DNA of 64,000 bases from an uncultured delta proteobacterium (GCA_963826125.1 CAWGVV010000002.1:137305-201304), one strand, 5' to 3'; positions 1 to 9,785 are shown, counted from the stretch's first letter. A program made the numbers and translations. Notes: generated by a model from the letters alone, not told the origin.

Positions 1-841
1 TACCGTGGACCCTATTTTCTTCCCTGGCGGCAACATCGGGTCGTTGGCCGTTCACGGCACGGTGAACGATCTGGCCATGAGCGGCGCGCGTCCGCTCTAC
101 CTCACCGCCGGTTTCATACTGGAAGAAGGATTTCCCCTGGCCGACCTGCGCCGCATCCTGGATTCCATGGGGCGGGCCGCCCGTGAAGCGGGCGTGCAGG
201 TGGTGGCGGGCGACACCAAGGTGGTGCCGCGCGGCAAGGCCGACAGGGTGTTCATCACCACTGCGGGCGTGGGCGTTATCGAAAGAGCCACCGTTCCGGG
301 AGGCGAATGCGCCGAACCGGGCGACGTGATAATCGTCTCCGGCACCATCGGGGACCACGGGGCGTGCATCATGGCCGGCAGGGCGGGGTTGAGCTTCACC
401 ACGCCCGTCGTAAGCGATTCCGCTCCGCTCAACGGACTGGTGGAACGGATGCTGAACGCCGCTCCCGGCGTCCACGTGCTGCGCGACCCCACTCGCGGAG
501 GCCTCGCCACCACCATCAACGAGATCGCCCTGCAGTCCAAAGTGGGAGTGGAGGTCGAGGAAGAAGCCGTGCCGTGCCGGGAATCAGTGGCCGGTATGTG
601 CGAGATTCTGGGCCTCGACCCGCTCTACCTGGCCAACGAAGGCAAGGTGCTCGCCTTCGTGGAGGAGAAAAGCGTGGCGGACGTGCTGAACGGCATGCGT
701 TCCCATCACCTGGGGAAGGACGCGGCAATCATCGGCCGCACGGTGGCGGAACATCCGGGACGAGTGGTGATGAAGACGCGGGTGGGGGGCAAACGCATTC
801 TGGACATGCTGGTGGGCGAACAGCTTCCCCGCATCTGCTGA
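1..841 (+). CDS. hypE: Hydrogenase maturation protein HypE (5' truncated by window edge)
   Basis: GTVNDLAMSGA, GDTKVV, RDPTRGG and ANEG motifs, and the diagnostic C-terminal LPRIC; the frame is open to the window start. Confidence 0.97.
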   Translation, partial: TVDPIFFPGGNIGSLAVHGTVNDLAMSGARPLYLTAGFILEEGFPLADLRRILDSMGRAAREAGVQVVAGDTKVVPRGKADRVFITTAGVGVIERATVPGGECAEPGDVIIVSGTIGDHGACIMAGRAGLSFTTPVVSDSAPLNGLVERMLNAAPGVHVLRDPTRGGLATTINEIALQSKVGVEVEEEAVPCRESVAGMCEILGLDPLYLANEGKVLAFVEEKSVADVLNGMRSHHLGKDAAIIGRTVAEHPGRVVMKTRVGGKRILDMLVGEQLPRIC

Positions 842-918
842 TACGGAGGAAGGCGATTTTCGTACGTGTCCTCCGGCAAGCGGGCAAAAGCTGCGGTGGA
901 AGTACCGTGAATCGGTTC

Positions 919-937
919 CCCCCTTTTGCAAAGGGGG
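919..937. terminator. Palindrome between convergent hypE and GTPase genes; possible bidirectional terminator or REP-like element
   Basis: CCCCCTTT-TGC-AAAGGGGG, perfect 8-bp stem. Confidence 0.5.
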
Positions 938-995
938 ACTTTGCTAATCGGCCCACTGTTGTTGCGGGGAATGAGCCATGAAGGGTTTCCCTCCC

Positions 996-2756
996 CTACT
1001 CCTTCGCCAGCTCCCGTATCTTCTCGGCTTTTTGGACCGCCCTCCCCAGGCTGTCCAGGTATTCGGCGATTCGATCCTTTTCCCGTCCCAGACGGCCGGC
1101 CACCAGTTTTCCGAACCGCTCGGCCAGGCTGTCGCGCATTTCACGGGCGTCGGATTCCATGCTCCGCATACTCCTCGCCCCCAGCCACACCACCAGCAGA
1201 ATTTCCAGCAGGATCGAAGAGCAGAGGGCGGTGAGGCCCCGTGAGGTGAAGAGCGTCAGGAAAAATCCGAAAACCATGCGGGGCAAAATGGACCAGTCGT
1301 AGGTGGACAGGAACGAATCCACGAGATTCGAATCCAGAAGGTAGCCCACCATCATGGCGACCGGCACCAGCAGCAGGAAGGACTGCCGCATGCGCGAGAA
1401 GGAAAACTTCCTTCGCCTCACCCGGGAAAGCGTTTCCACCATGCCGTTCATTTCCAGGGCGGCTTCTTCGCACAGCGTTTTCAGCCCTTGCGTTTCCCGC
1501 TCGCCGGAGGACGCCAGGGCTTCGTGATCCACGGGGATCATGTATCTGCCCAATTCGCTCACCAGCCGGTGCCGGATAAAGTCGATGCGTGCGGCCAACC
1601 CCTTGACCGACGGTTCGGGCAGACGGAGAAACGGCATGTGTTCCACCGGTCGGGGTTTACCCTCGAACAGCTTGCGAAACCCCAGCCGGAAACGGATGAA
1701 GGCGACTACCGGCCCCACGTTGCGCCCTTCCTCCAGGAGAATTTCGTCGATCCAGGTGGTCCCCTGTTCCTTGAGCGTTTCACTGGCCGCGTCGGCCGCG
1801 CTCTGCTCCACATCCCGCCACTGCTCCTCAAGCTGAACGCGAAGCCCTCCCAGGGCCTTGGCCAGGAGTTCGGTCTTCATCCGGGCGTTCAGACCGCTCG
1901 CCACAAGATTGAACTCACGGTCGAGATTGCTCAACTTGATGGCCCGGATTTTCTTCTCCTCGAACTCCCTTTCCAGGTAGCGGATGAGCCGTTCGAACCC
2001 TTCATTGGAAGGTTGTTCGGTGTTTTCCGCTGCCCAGCGGGCGGACAATGCGAACAGCCGGGGTTCCTCCACGCCATGTTCCCTGAGCTTGTGGGTGAAC
2101 GCCGACAGCGCCCGTTCCGCCTGTTCGGCCGAGTACCTCCCCTGTTCGTCCACCAGCAGATCGATCTTGTTGAAAACGAACCCGAAATTTGCCCGCGCCT
2201 GGGGGCTGGCGTCGAGCATTTCGTAGAACGCCCTGTCTGCGTACTTTTCCGGACTCACCACCCACAGGACCACGTCCAGCTGCGTAAGCGATCCGGCCAC
2301 CAGCCTGCGATGTTCCGGCCGTATGGAGTCGAAATCCGGCATGTCGTAGATCACGAGGTTCCGCAGCGCGTCGTTGTCGTGCACCCGGTGGGGCGAGAGG
2401 ATGAATTCGCCCGCCAGCGGCAATGGCTCCTCGATTCCGTCCCGGTGGCGGTATACCACGGCGTGATGCGTATGGGGGCGGCGGTCTGAGGTGCCCGAAA
2501 CGGGGGCACTGGCGACGGCGTTGATAAGCGTTGATTTGCCGGTGCCGGTCCCGCCCAGGAGGCCCAGGTGGAGCGGCCCTCCGCACCGGGCCAGCTTCAG
2601 TTCCAACTCCTCCAGCCTGCGCCGGAACGGAGCGAGCTTTTCGTGGCCCAGCAGCAGGGCCAGGTCGGGGACCGATTCTTCCAGGAGGCCGATTTTCTTG
2701 GCAAGTTCGTTCGAATGTCCGCGATCGGGGCCGGTTATGCCTTTTGCTTCGCCCAT
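996..2756 (-). CDS. Dynamin-like/YfjP-like GTPase with C-terminal membrane helices
   Basis: G1 GGTGTGKST, G3 DMPDFDS, G4 NKID; long helical stalk; hydrophobic segments FLLLVPVAMMVGYLL, MVFGFFLTLF and ILLEILLVVWLG. Confidence 0.85.
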   Translation of the reverse strand: MGEAKGITGPDRGHSNELAKKIGLLEESVPDLALLLGHEKLAPFRRRLEELELKLARCGGPLHLGLLGGTGTGKSTLINAVASAPVSGTSDRRPHTHHAVVYRHRDGIEEPLPLAGEFILSPHRVHDNDALRNLVIYDMPDFDSIRPEHRRLVAGSLTQLDVVLWVVSPEKYADRAFYEMLDASPQARANFGFVFNKIDLLVDEQGRYSAEQAERALSAFTHKLREHGVEEPRLFALSARWAAENTEQPSNEGFERLIRYLEREFEEKKIRAIKLSNLDREFNLVASGLNARMKTELLAKALGGLRVQLEEQWRDVEQSAADAASETLKEQGTTWIDEILLEEGRNVGPVVAFIRFRLGFRKLFEGKPRPVEHMPFLRLPEPSVKGLAARIDFIRHRLVSELGRYMIPVDHEALASSGERETQGLKTLCEEAALEMNGMVETLSRVRRRKFSFSRMRQSFLLLVPVAMMVGYLLDSNLVDSFLSTYDWSILPRMVFGFFLTLFTSRGLTALCSSILLEILLVVWLGARSMRSMESDAREMRDSLAERFGKLVAGRLGREKDRIAEYLDSLGRAVQKAEKIRELAKE

Positions 2757-4453
2757 TGGAGCGCCTCCTGCATGGTGGCCATGTCCCCGCTCCCGGCCAT
2801 GTGTTCGTCGAGGAACCCTTCCAGACGGCTGCGCTGTTCGTCGAGGATCGAAAAGAGGGCGCGGCGGTGGAGCCGGTCAAGCTCCCTCGCGATATCCTTG
2901 AGCTGGTCGTAGACGAACAGTTCGAGGACACCGCGCGGAATGAACGGAGCAATGGCCGTATCGAGCATGATCTCGAAGAAGGTGAAGCCTCCGAAGGTGA
3001 CGCTTTCCACGGCGATGATGAAGATGCCCGCCATAATGGATGCAGAATAGAGCCCTACTTCCTTGGGGCGGGAAAGCCCTTTTCGCAATTCCTTGAACTT
3101 CTCCTTGAGCCACGCCTCGATTTCCTTTTGCGCCGCATCGTAGCGCTGCTTCAGCTCTTCGGCCGAAAAGAAGATTTCCTCCTGCGCCATCCGGGCATAG
3201 AGGAGGCTGAGGGCTTCCTCCTGCCCCATGAAGCGCACCAGCGACTGCTGGAACCAGGCGTGGGCTTCGATAAGCGCTTCCTGCTGCGGGCGTACGGGCG
3301 AAAACCTTCCCTCTCCCCCCACCGCCGTTTCTCCGTTCCTTCTCCCCAGCCCCAACAACCGGATCGGCAATTTGATGATGCTGCGGGCGAGGCTCCTCGG
3401 CTTCTGCAGGAAGTCGTACCGGGCCAACAGAGTCCGGATGTGCTTGCGAATTTCCCGTTCGGTGTGTTCGTCCATCCGCGACGAAAGTTTTTCTTCCAGC
3501 CGGCTCTGGGCTCCGTCGATCAGCGTGCCCGTGGTCTCCCGCACCCGCCGGTGCAGCATGGCTTCCCGCAGCAGTTCCTCCGCCGCCCCTTCCAGGACGC
3601 GGCGGCAGAAGGCACGCAGGGCACGTCGGCTTTCTTCCAGCACCCGGCGGATATCCAGATTGAACAGCAGATCGCGCAGCCCCTTGATGGATTCTTCGGA
3701 CAGCACCACGGGCGCGCCGCGGGACAATCTAGGCAGGCCGATCACTTCCGATTCGGGGAACAGTGCGAACTCCCTCAGCTTGGCTTTCAGATCGTCCAGC
3801 CCTTCCGCCGAGTCGAGCTTGTTGATTACCAGCAGGAAAGGCTTGCGGTCTCCGCCCGCGTCCCGGATGAATCCGAACGGGGTGCGGTCGGCGTATTTCT
3901 CCTGGCTGGTGACGAAAACCACCAAGTCGCTCAGCATGATGATTTCCTCGGCCAGGGTCCGGTTGGCCTGCTCGACGCTGTCCAGATCGGGGGAGTCGAC
4001 GAGCATGATGCGGCTCCATTCCGCCCGGCGATGTTCCACGAGCGTGATGCCGCCGGGTTCTCCCTCCACCGGTGTGGAGAGACTGTCCTGGGGAAGCCGT
4101 TGCCGGGGGAAAGAAGCGAAGGGACGCTCTTCCTCAAGAAGGGAAGACGCGCGTTCGGGTAGAAAGAAGATGCTGCCCCGGGTCTGGGGGCGTTCCACGC
4201 CCGTGCGGCTGACCGGGGCGCCGATGAGCGCATTGAACAGGGAGGACTTTCCCGTTCCCGTTCCCCCCTGAAGGGTGACCGTCAGCGGAAAATCATCGCC
4301 CTGCCGTAATTTGAATTCCAGGGTTTCCAGTCCCTTGCGCAGCCAGACCAGACTGCTGCAGAAAGAATCCCGGGACGACAGCCATCCGCCGAAACGAAGC
4401 GTTTCCATGCCGGCCACGATGCGATCGATAATGCGGCCTTCCATATGCTCCAT
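2735..4453 (-). CDS. Dynamin-like/YfjP-like GTPase with C-terminal hydrophobic hairpin
   Basis: G1 GGTGTGKSS, G2 RPQT, G3 DSPDLDS, G4 NKLD; hydrophobic IMAGIFIIAV...FTFFEIML; overlaps the next gene by 22 nt. Confidence 0.85.
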   Translation of the reverse strand: MEHMEGRIIDRIVAGMETLRFGGWLSSRDSFCSSLVWLRKGLETLEFKLRQGDDFPLTVTLQGGTGTGKSSLFNALIGAPVSRTGVERPQTRGSIFFLPERASSLLEEERPFASFPRQRLPQDSLSTPVEGEPGGITLVEHRRAEWSRIMLVDSPDLDSVEQANRTLAEEIIMLSDLVVFVTSQEKYADRTPFGFIRDAGGDRKPFLLVINKLDSAEGLDDLKAKLREFALFPESEVIGLPRLSRGAPVVLSEESIKGLRDLLFNLDIRRVLEESRRALRAFCRRVLEGAAEELLREAMLHRRVRETTGTLIDGAQSRLEEKLSSRMDEHTEREIRKHIRTLLARYDFLQKPRSLARSIIKLPIRLLGLGRRNGETAVGGEGRFSPVRPQQEALIEAHAWFQQSLVRFMGQEEALSLLYARMAQEEIFFSAEELKQRYDAAQKEIEAWLKEKFKELRKGLSRPKEVGLYSASIMAGIFIIAVESVTFGGFTFFEIMLDTAIAPFIPRGVLELFVYDQLKDIARELDRLHRRALFSILDEQRSRLEGFLDEHMAGSGDMATMQEALQWAKQKA

Positions 4454-4612
4454 GATTGCTTTCGCCCCAGGGGAAACGTTGGATGGGCGGCAACGATTCC
4501 GCCCGTACCGGAATGTATAGCAGGTTCGGAGCGCGGATGAAAAGCCTTCAATCCCCGAATCGGGACGATCACCGTGAAGGAAAAACCAGTGAGGAAGGGA
4601 AAAGGGTCTGCG

Positions 4613-6913
4613 TCAGGCGGATTCGGCCGGGGTAACGGATGCCGAATGTGAATTCCGCTCCGAATGGAGCCGCACGAGCGTGCTCAGGAGGGAAGCGGAG
4701 GACTGCCCGAACCGGGCCAGGAGGTCCTTCATCTCCTCTTTCCGATGCCCTTCGGTTTCAGCCAGGCGCAACAACTCCTCGAAGTCGACCAGATTCCCCT
4801 GCACGTACTGTTCGATTTCCCGCACCAGACTTTGGCCGATACGATCCACCAGCTTGAAGAGATACAGGTATTTGAAATTCTCACGGTAGTCCAGAATATG
4901 CTCCTGAAGCTTCTGGACGGCATGTTTTTTGATCACCGCCACCCCCTTGTCGAAGGAAAGGGATCCATCGTTTCCCTCGTCCGGGCGCTTCAGCATCTTC
5001 CGCGCCAGCCGCCTGGCGCCGGTAAGCGTCTTTTCCATCCCCACCATGAGCATCACCTGGGCTCTGGTGGAGTATTCGTACTCGATGGCCGAGGAGAACA
5101 GGGGCACGCGAAGGTCGTCTCCCGGAGGACGCAGAGAGAAGCTAACCCGCTCCGGGGGGGCGAATCCCTCGATGAGCGGCCGCACTTCCCCGGCATATGA
5201 ATCGAAAAGCCGCTCCATGACCGCCACGTAGGTTTGGGCCTGTTCCTGAAAGCGGACTTCGATTTCCTCCTCCCGGCTCCGGGCATAGTCGATGATGCGG
5301 AGATTGATCTCGTCGTTTATGTACCGGGAGAACCGTTCGTTCAATTCGCGGTGGAATCCCATCACCTTGCGCATGACGTTGTCTTCGTCGGGTTCCGGGG
5401 CTTCCTCGACGGACTGCGGCCGCGTCGGCTCGAAGCGTTCAATGAACTCCAGCAGGTCGCGCACCACGGTTCCAGCGCTGCGGTCGAAAAATCCGTCCAC
5501 GCCGCCCGCCAGTTCCTTTTTTATCGTCTCGCCGAGGTTGCGAAGCGAGCTGCGCACGAGGTCCAGCGTGGCCCGCATCTCGTTCTGCCGCTTTTCGAGT
5601 TCCCCGTAGAGTTTTCGCAGACTTTCCACATCCTTCCCCTGGACGTGGAGCCTGACCGCGGCGTAGTCGTGCATGTTCCGGAGGACCCGGTTGAGCAGCG
5701 AAAAGGCTCGGTCGAGGCCCAGCCGGTAACGGTCCTGTTCCACAATGCGGCGCAGGTCGACCTCGAACCGTTCCCGTTCGGCATGGGAGAAAGCAAGCAG
5801 CTCCGTGGCCTCTTCCCAAAATTGGAGGCGCAGATGGTCTCTTCCCTCCAGCTTTTCGTCCCGTGCCGCCTCCATGGTCTTGAGGAGCGCGTAGAGCCCG
5901 GAAAAGCCGTACAGCGCGGGGTCCAGCCCCATCTGGGAGAGCGTGGCGGCGGTGCGGGCCATGAGGCCTTCCAGCTGGTCGATCGTGTCGATTTCCCCCA
6001 GGTCCACGTTGAGGACGAACAAGGCCCTTTTGTCCAGTCGGAGTGTTTTGAGTACGTTGATGAGCTTTACGTCGGCTTCGCGAATTCCGGTTCGCAGGCT
6101 CACGAGATAGACGGCGAGATGGCTTCGCAGAAGATAGTCGAGCACCGCCGCCATGTGATTGGGATTCGGGGAATCGACACCCTGGCAGTCCCCGAACTCC
6201 ACGTTGGGGGGAATGCCAGAGGAAGGCACGGTGAGCACCAGTTCCCGCAGGAAGACGGCCCGGCTTTCATCGCTCACGAAATCCCTGTGCTCTTCAATGG
6301 CCGCCGCATCAAGAACCAGGATATTCTCGCCATCCAGCAGGTTACCGCTTATGGCGGGATAACCGGACAGGTATGCGTTGAGCAGCATCCAATGCCGGTT
6401 TTCGCCGTTCCGAACGCCTGCGTTCGCTTTGGACATATCGTCGAGTAGTTGGGCGAGCCGACGACGATGGCTTTCCTCGCGGATGTCGAAGCCTTTCTGT
6501 TCGTTGAGGAATTCCGTGCTCTCCAGCCCCATGACGGCGCTGTTCATTTCGGCGTTGATCAGGGCGATCCCCTTCAACGTGAGCGTCGCCGACAATTCCG
6601 GCCCGTCGATCACCCGGGTCACCACGGAGGTGATGATGCCGGCGCCCCGTTTGAGCAGGTCCCGGCCCAGGAGGTAGTTGACGAAGGTGGACTTGCCGGC
6701 CTTGACGCTGCCGATGACGGCCACCCGGAACGTTTCCTCGGTCAATTCATTGCGCAGAAGATCGAGGGATTCCAGCCAGACCGAACCCTGCTCCGGCATT
6801 CCGCCCGTCTCGGCGGCAAATGCTTCCAAGGACCGGCGCACGTCCGTTTCGAGCGCAAAGAGGCGCTCCTTTATCTGCATGCCGTCCGGAGACGAATGGA
6901 AAGGGCTGCTCAT
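4613..6913 (-). CDS. Bacterial dynamin family protein (start uncertain: 6931, 6913 or 6880)
   Basis: G1 VIGSVKAGKST, G2 ITSVVT, G3-like DCQG, long coiled-coil C-terminal half, about 760 aa. Confidence 0.85.
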   Translation of the reverse strand: MSSPFHSSPDGMQIKERLFALETDVRRSLEAFAAETGGMPEQGSVWLESLDLLRNELTEETFRVAVIGSVKAGKSTFVNYLLGRDLLKRGAGIITSVVTRVIDGPELSATLTLKGIALINAEMNSAVMGLESTEFLNEQKGFDIREESHRRRLAQLLDDMSKANAGVRNGENRHWMLLNAYLSGYPAISGNLLDGENILVLDAAAIEEHRDFVSDESRAVFLRELVLTVPSSGIPPNVEFGDCQGVDSPNPNHMAAVLDYLLRSHLAVYLVSLRTGIREADVKLINVLKTLRLDKRALFVLNVDLGEIDTIDQLEGLMARTAATLSQMGLDPALYGFSGLYALLKTMEAARDEKLEGRDHLRLQFWEEATELLAFSHAERERFEVDLRRIVEQDRYRLGLDRAFSLLNRVLRNMHDYAAVRLHVQGKDVESLRKLYGELEKRQNEMRATLDLVRSSLRNLGETIKKELAGGVDGFFDRSAGTVVRDLLEFIERFEPTRPQSVEEAPEPDEDNVMRKVMGFHRELNERFSRYINDEINLRIIDYARSREEEIEVRFQEQAQTYVAVMERLFDSYAGEVRPLIEGFAPPERVSFSLRPPGDDLRVPLFSSAIEYEYSTRAQVMLMVGMEKTLTGARRLARKMLKRPDEGNDGSLSFDKGVAVIKKHAVQKLQEHILDYRENFKYLYLFKLVDRIGQSLVREIEQYVQGNLVDFEELLRLAETEGHRKEEMKDLLARFGQSSASLLSTLVRLHSERNSHSASVTPAESA

Positions 6914-6975
6914 GAAACAGAGATTCCTCAAGGGAAGGCTAAGTCATGTCTGATGGAAAAGCAAAACGTGATGAG

Positions 6976-7021
6976 AAAACAAAACGGCCGCGGAGTCAAG
7001 CGCATTCGACCCCGCGGCCGT
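6976..7021 (-). terminator. Intrinsic terminator after the HTH-membrane protein gene
   Basis: ACGGCCGCGG/CCGCGGCCGT inverted repeat (6984-7021), followed on the minus strand by TTTGTTTT. Confidence 0.65.
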
Positions 7022-7068
7022 CTTCGGCCTGAATGGCGGGGGGCGGAAAAATCGCCCCGACCGATACG

Positions 7069-8643
7069 TTATTTGATCGCTACGGGCTGCGTTGCGAGAG
7101 GCTCCCGGCGGGGTGACTGGACCTGTTCGAGCGCGCGCTCGGCGGCTTCCGACGGGACCTTGGATGACGATACCGCCGGGGTTTTCGCCTGAGCCGGCGC
7201 TTTCACATCACCGGTCGCAGCCGGTTTGGGGGCGGCAGTGGCCGGAGCTTTCGCCTCGGGTTTCGGCTCAGTATTTGCCGCGGGTTTCGCCTCGGGCTTT
7301 GCGGCCGGCGCCGCTTCCGGCTTGGGGGCGGCCTTGAGTTCGGCCTGCGGCGGGTTCTTCACTTCGGGCTTGGCTTGAGCCGGGACCGGGGCGGGAATCG
7401 TCGCTTCGGCCTTGGGGGCCGGCTTTTCTTCCGCTTTTACCGGAGGCGCGGGAATCGGAGCGGCGGCGGTTCCATCGGGGACTGCCTTCGCCTTCACCGT
7501 CCCCCCGGACTGGAGGAGCGTTTCGAGTTCATTGCGCCTGGACAGCCAGCTGTCTTTGTAATCGAAGTTCCATTTCCGCAGTTCGTTGAGCTTGGCCTGC
7601 ATGGTGCGGATCTGCTGCTCCACGGCTTCATCGCCGTCCGCGTTCAGCATCGACGCGCGCTGCAGGATGTCGATGGAGTCCTCATACATCTTGGCGAGCT
7701 GCTGTTCCGTCTGAACGACCCTTTTGACGGCGATGGTTTCGTAGAGGCGGGCGTATCGTTTATTGAGGGCCGTACGCTGTTCCCCCTTGAAAGCGACCTT
7801 TTCGGCCACGTTCAGGTATTTGTTGGCCTCGGCGTAGTCCGGGCCGTCGGTCTTGGCCAGCATTGCATCGGCCCGGCCGATAAGATATTCGAAGAGTCCG
7901 TTGACCGCTCCCCATTCGCCGAAAAAGGTTTTCGTGGGAATGGTATTTATCTGCAGCGCCCCTACGTCGATGGGAGCGAAGTCTGTTACCTGTTCCTTGC
8001 CGAACGGAGCGAATTTGCCTTTCCAGAGGGTGATCTTGGTGCCGTCCTGGGCAATGTAATACTTGCTGCTGTTATACATGCATAGGGAAACCACCAGACC
8101 GGCGATGATGAAAATAATCGCGATGGTGGCCACAAGAGACACATTCGTCTTTTTCGATCCTCCACCCGATTGGCTACTTGGCGTGCTCAAACCGACTCCC
8201 TCCTTTTGCGTCTCCTGCTGTTGTGCGGTCCGGATTGACGGCTGCGGTTCTTCCGGCGATGCGGGGGGAACGTCCCCGGGTTCCTTCTCGGCCGCCGGTT
8301 CCTTCTCGACCGCCGGTTCTTCAGGCGGCTCCACCGGGGAAAAATCCGCAGAATGGTTTTCGGCCGCGGTCGTTCCCGGCGGCTCTACCATGGACGGAGA
8401 TTCATCGGAACCTCCGATTTCCTGTTCCGACAGCGTGCGTTTGTCGATCAATCCCGATTCTCCATCCGTCTTGAAACGGTTCAGCCAGCTGTAGTAGGTG
8501 GAGCGGGAGATGCCGAGTTCGCGCAGAATTTCCGCTGTTGGACGTTCAGAATTGGCCACTCTGTCCAGAATGGCTTTTTTCTGCTCCTCGTCAACGCTGA
8601 TGTTTTTTCTGTCGCTTTCCGATGAGTTACGTCTTTCCGCCAT
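7069..8643 (-). CDS. Bitopic membrane protein: N-terminal transposase-type HTH, acidic/Pro linker, one TM helix, extracytoplasmic helical domain, Pro/Ala/Lys-rich TolA-like tail
   Basis: ILRELGISRSTYYSWLNRFKTDGESGL (HTH); TM LVATIAIIFIIAGLVVSLCMY preceded by KK; PKPEAAPAAKPEAK tail; RBS-like GAGGA upstream. Confidence 0.8.
   Translation of the reverse strand: MAERRNSSESDRKNISVDEEQKKAILDRVANSERPTAEILRELGISRSTYYSWLNRFKTDGESGLIDKRTLSEQEIGGSDESPSMVEPPGTTAAENHSADFSPVEPPEEPAVEKEPAAEKEPGDVPPASPEEPQPSIRTAQQQETQKEGVGLSTPSSQSGGGSKKTNVSLVATIAIIFIIAGLVVSLCMYNSSKYYIAQDGTKITLWKGKFAPFGKEQVTDFAPIDVGALQINTIPTKTFFGEWGAVNGLFEYLIGRADAMLAKTDGPDYAEANKYLNVAEKVAFKGEQRTALNKRYARLYETIAVKRVVQTEQQLAKMYEDSIDILQRASMLNADGDEAVEQQIRTMQAKLNELRKWNFDYKDSWLSRRNELETLLQSGGTVKAKAVPDGTAAAPIPAPPVKAEEKPAPKAEATIPAPVPAQAKPEVKNPPQAELKAAPKPEAAPAAKPEAKPAANTEPKPEAKAPATAAPKPAATGDVKAPAQAKTPAVSSSKVPSEAAERALEQVQSPRREPLATQPVAIK
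8279..8319. repeat. 18-bp coding tandem repeat (EPAVEK/EPAAEK)
   Basis: GGTTCCTTCTCG(G/A)CCGCC, about 2.3 copies. Confidence 0.7.
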
Positions 8644-8927
8644 GGCTCATCCTCTTGTTCTTGTTTACACATGCATCGTTTATAACGTACAGAGTGTGTT
8701 TTGTAAAGAGCTAATACGGTGTGCATCGATTCCTCACGATATTGGACGAAACTCGCGTATCGCGCGCCCGTAGCCGATTTCCACACGTCCATTCCGGTCC
8801 GGAATTGTCCATGTACACCGTTCGATCCACTCCGTCGTATGCGGTATTCAGTTTGTAGCCCCAACGGCTTGACGGGCGAGAGCGCCTCGTGAGATAAAAG
8901 TTGAAATTCAGTGGAGGATGCGGACCA

Positions 8928-9785
8928 ATGGGTGACAACCAGTTCAACAGATTTTCCGGCACGGCCAAATATATCGTATCTCCCGCCCTGCGGGACGTGG
9001 TCAACGTTTCCATCGCCCTGGGGAGACCGCTTCTGGTAAAGGGCGAACCGGGAACCGGCAAGACGTTGCTGGCCCACAGCATCGCCCAGGGGCTGGAGAA
9101 GAAGCTCCTCATCTGGAACGTGAAATCAACGACCAAGGCCAAAGACGGCCTCTACCTCTACGATACCGTGAAACGTCTCAACGACAGCCGGTTCGGCTCG
9201 GGCGACGTGTCCAGGATCGAGAACTACATCGAACTCGGCATTCTGGGCAGAGCGTTCGCCGCCGAGGAGCAGCTGGTGCTGCTGATCGATGAAATCGACA
9301 AGGCCGACATCGAATTTCCCAACGACCTCCTCAACGAGCTCGACGAAATGTCGTTCTACATCCCCGAGCTGGATCGAACGGTGAAGGCCGTGCATCGGCC
9401 CATCGTCATCGTCACCAGCAATGCGGAAAAGGAACTGCCGGACGCCTTCCTGCGGCGATGCGTGTTTCACTACATCGATTTTCCCGACGATCAACTCATG
9501 CAGGACATCGTGCAGGTGCATTTTCCTCATCTCCAGGAGCGTATGCTGAAAGAGGTGCTGAAGGCCTTTTACTGGCTGCGGACCTTCGACGAATTTCGCA
9601 AAAAGCCTTCCACCAGCGAACTGCTCGACTGGGTGCAGGCTCTCATGGCCGGAGGCATCAGCCATCAGGACGTAACCAAGGAACTCCCCTTCCTCGGCGC
9701 TCTCATCAAAAAGGAAGTGGACATGGACTATTTCCAGAAGAACCGGCTGCGGCGCGTGGGTTCCGGAGACCGGCGATTTTCCTAA
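8928..9785 (+). CDS. MoxR family AAA+ ATPase
   Basis: Walker A GEPGTGKT, Walker B LLIDEIDKA, ELPDAFLRRC, KKPSTSEL; GGAGG at 8913 supports ATG 8928. Confidence 0.92.
   Translation: MGDNQFNRFSGTAKYIVSPALRDVVNVSIALGRPLLVKGEPGTGKTLLAHSIAQGLEKKLLIWNVKSTTKAKDGLYLYDTVKRLNDSRFGSGDVSRIENYIELGILGRAFAAEEQLVLLIDEIDKADIEFPNDLLNELDEMSFYIPELDRTVKAVHRPIVIVTSNAEKELPDAFLRRCVFHYIDFPDDQLMQDIVQVHFPHLQERMLKEVLKAFYWLRTFDEFRKKPSTSELLDWVQALMAGGISHQDVTKELPFLGALIKKEVDMDYFQKNRLRRVGSGDRRFS

Noticed and set aside
830-900. UGA after the hypE terminal Cys as selenocysteine readthrough
   Set aside because: HypE canonically ends in PRIC and needs the free C-terminal Cys; a second TGA-adjacent extension shows no homology.
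2531-4162. Long opposite-strand ORFs (also 20905-22635, 25387-27057, 33921-35588, 35658-37328, 46116-47579, 54392-55891 and others)
   Set aside because: Antisense shadows of well-supported genes, as expected from codon bias in high-GC DNA; they carry no motifs of their own.
8440-8643. IS element suggested by the transposase-like HTH
   Set aside because: No DDE/integrase domain, frameshift partner ORF or terminal inverted repeats; the HTH is in frame with a membrane protein.
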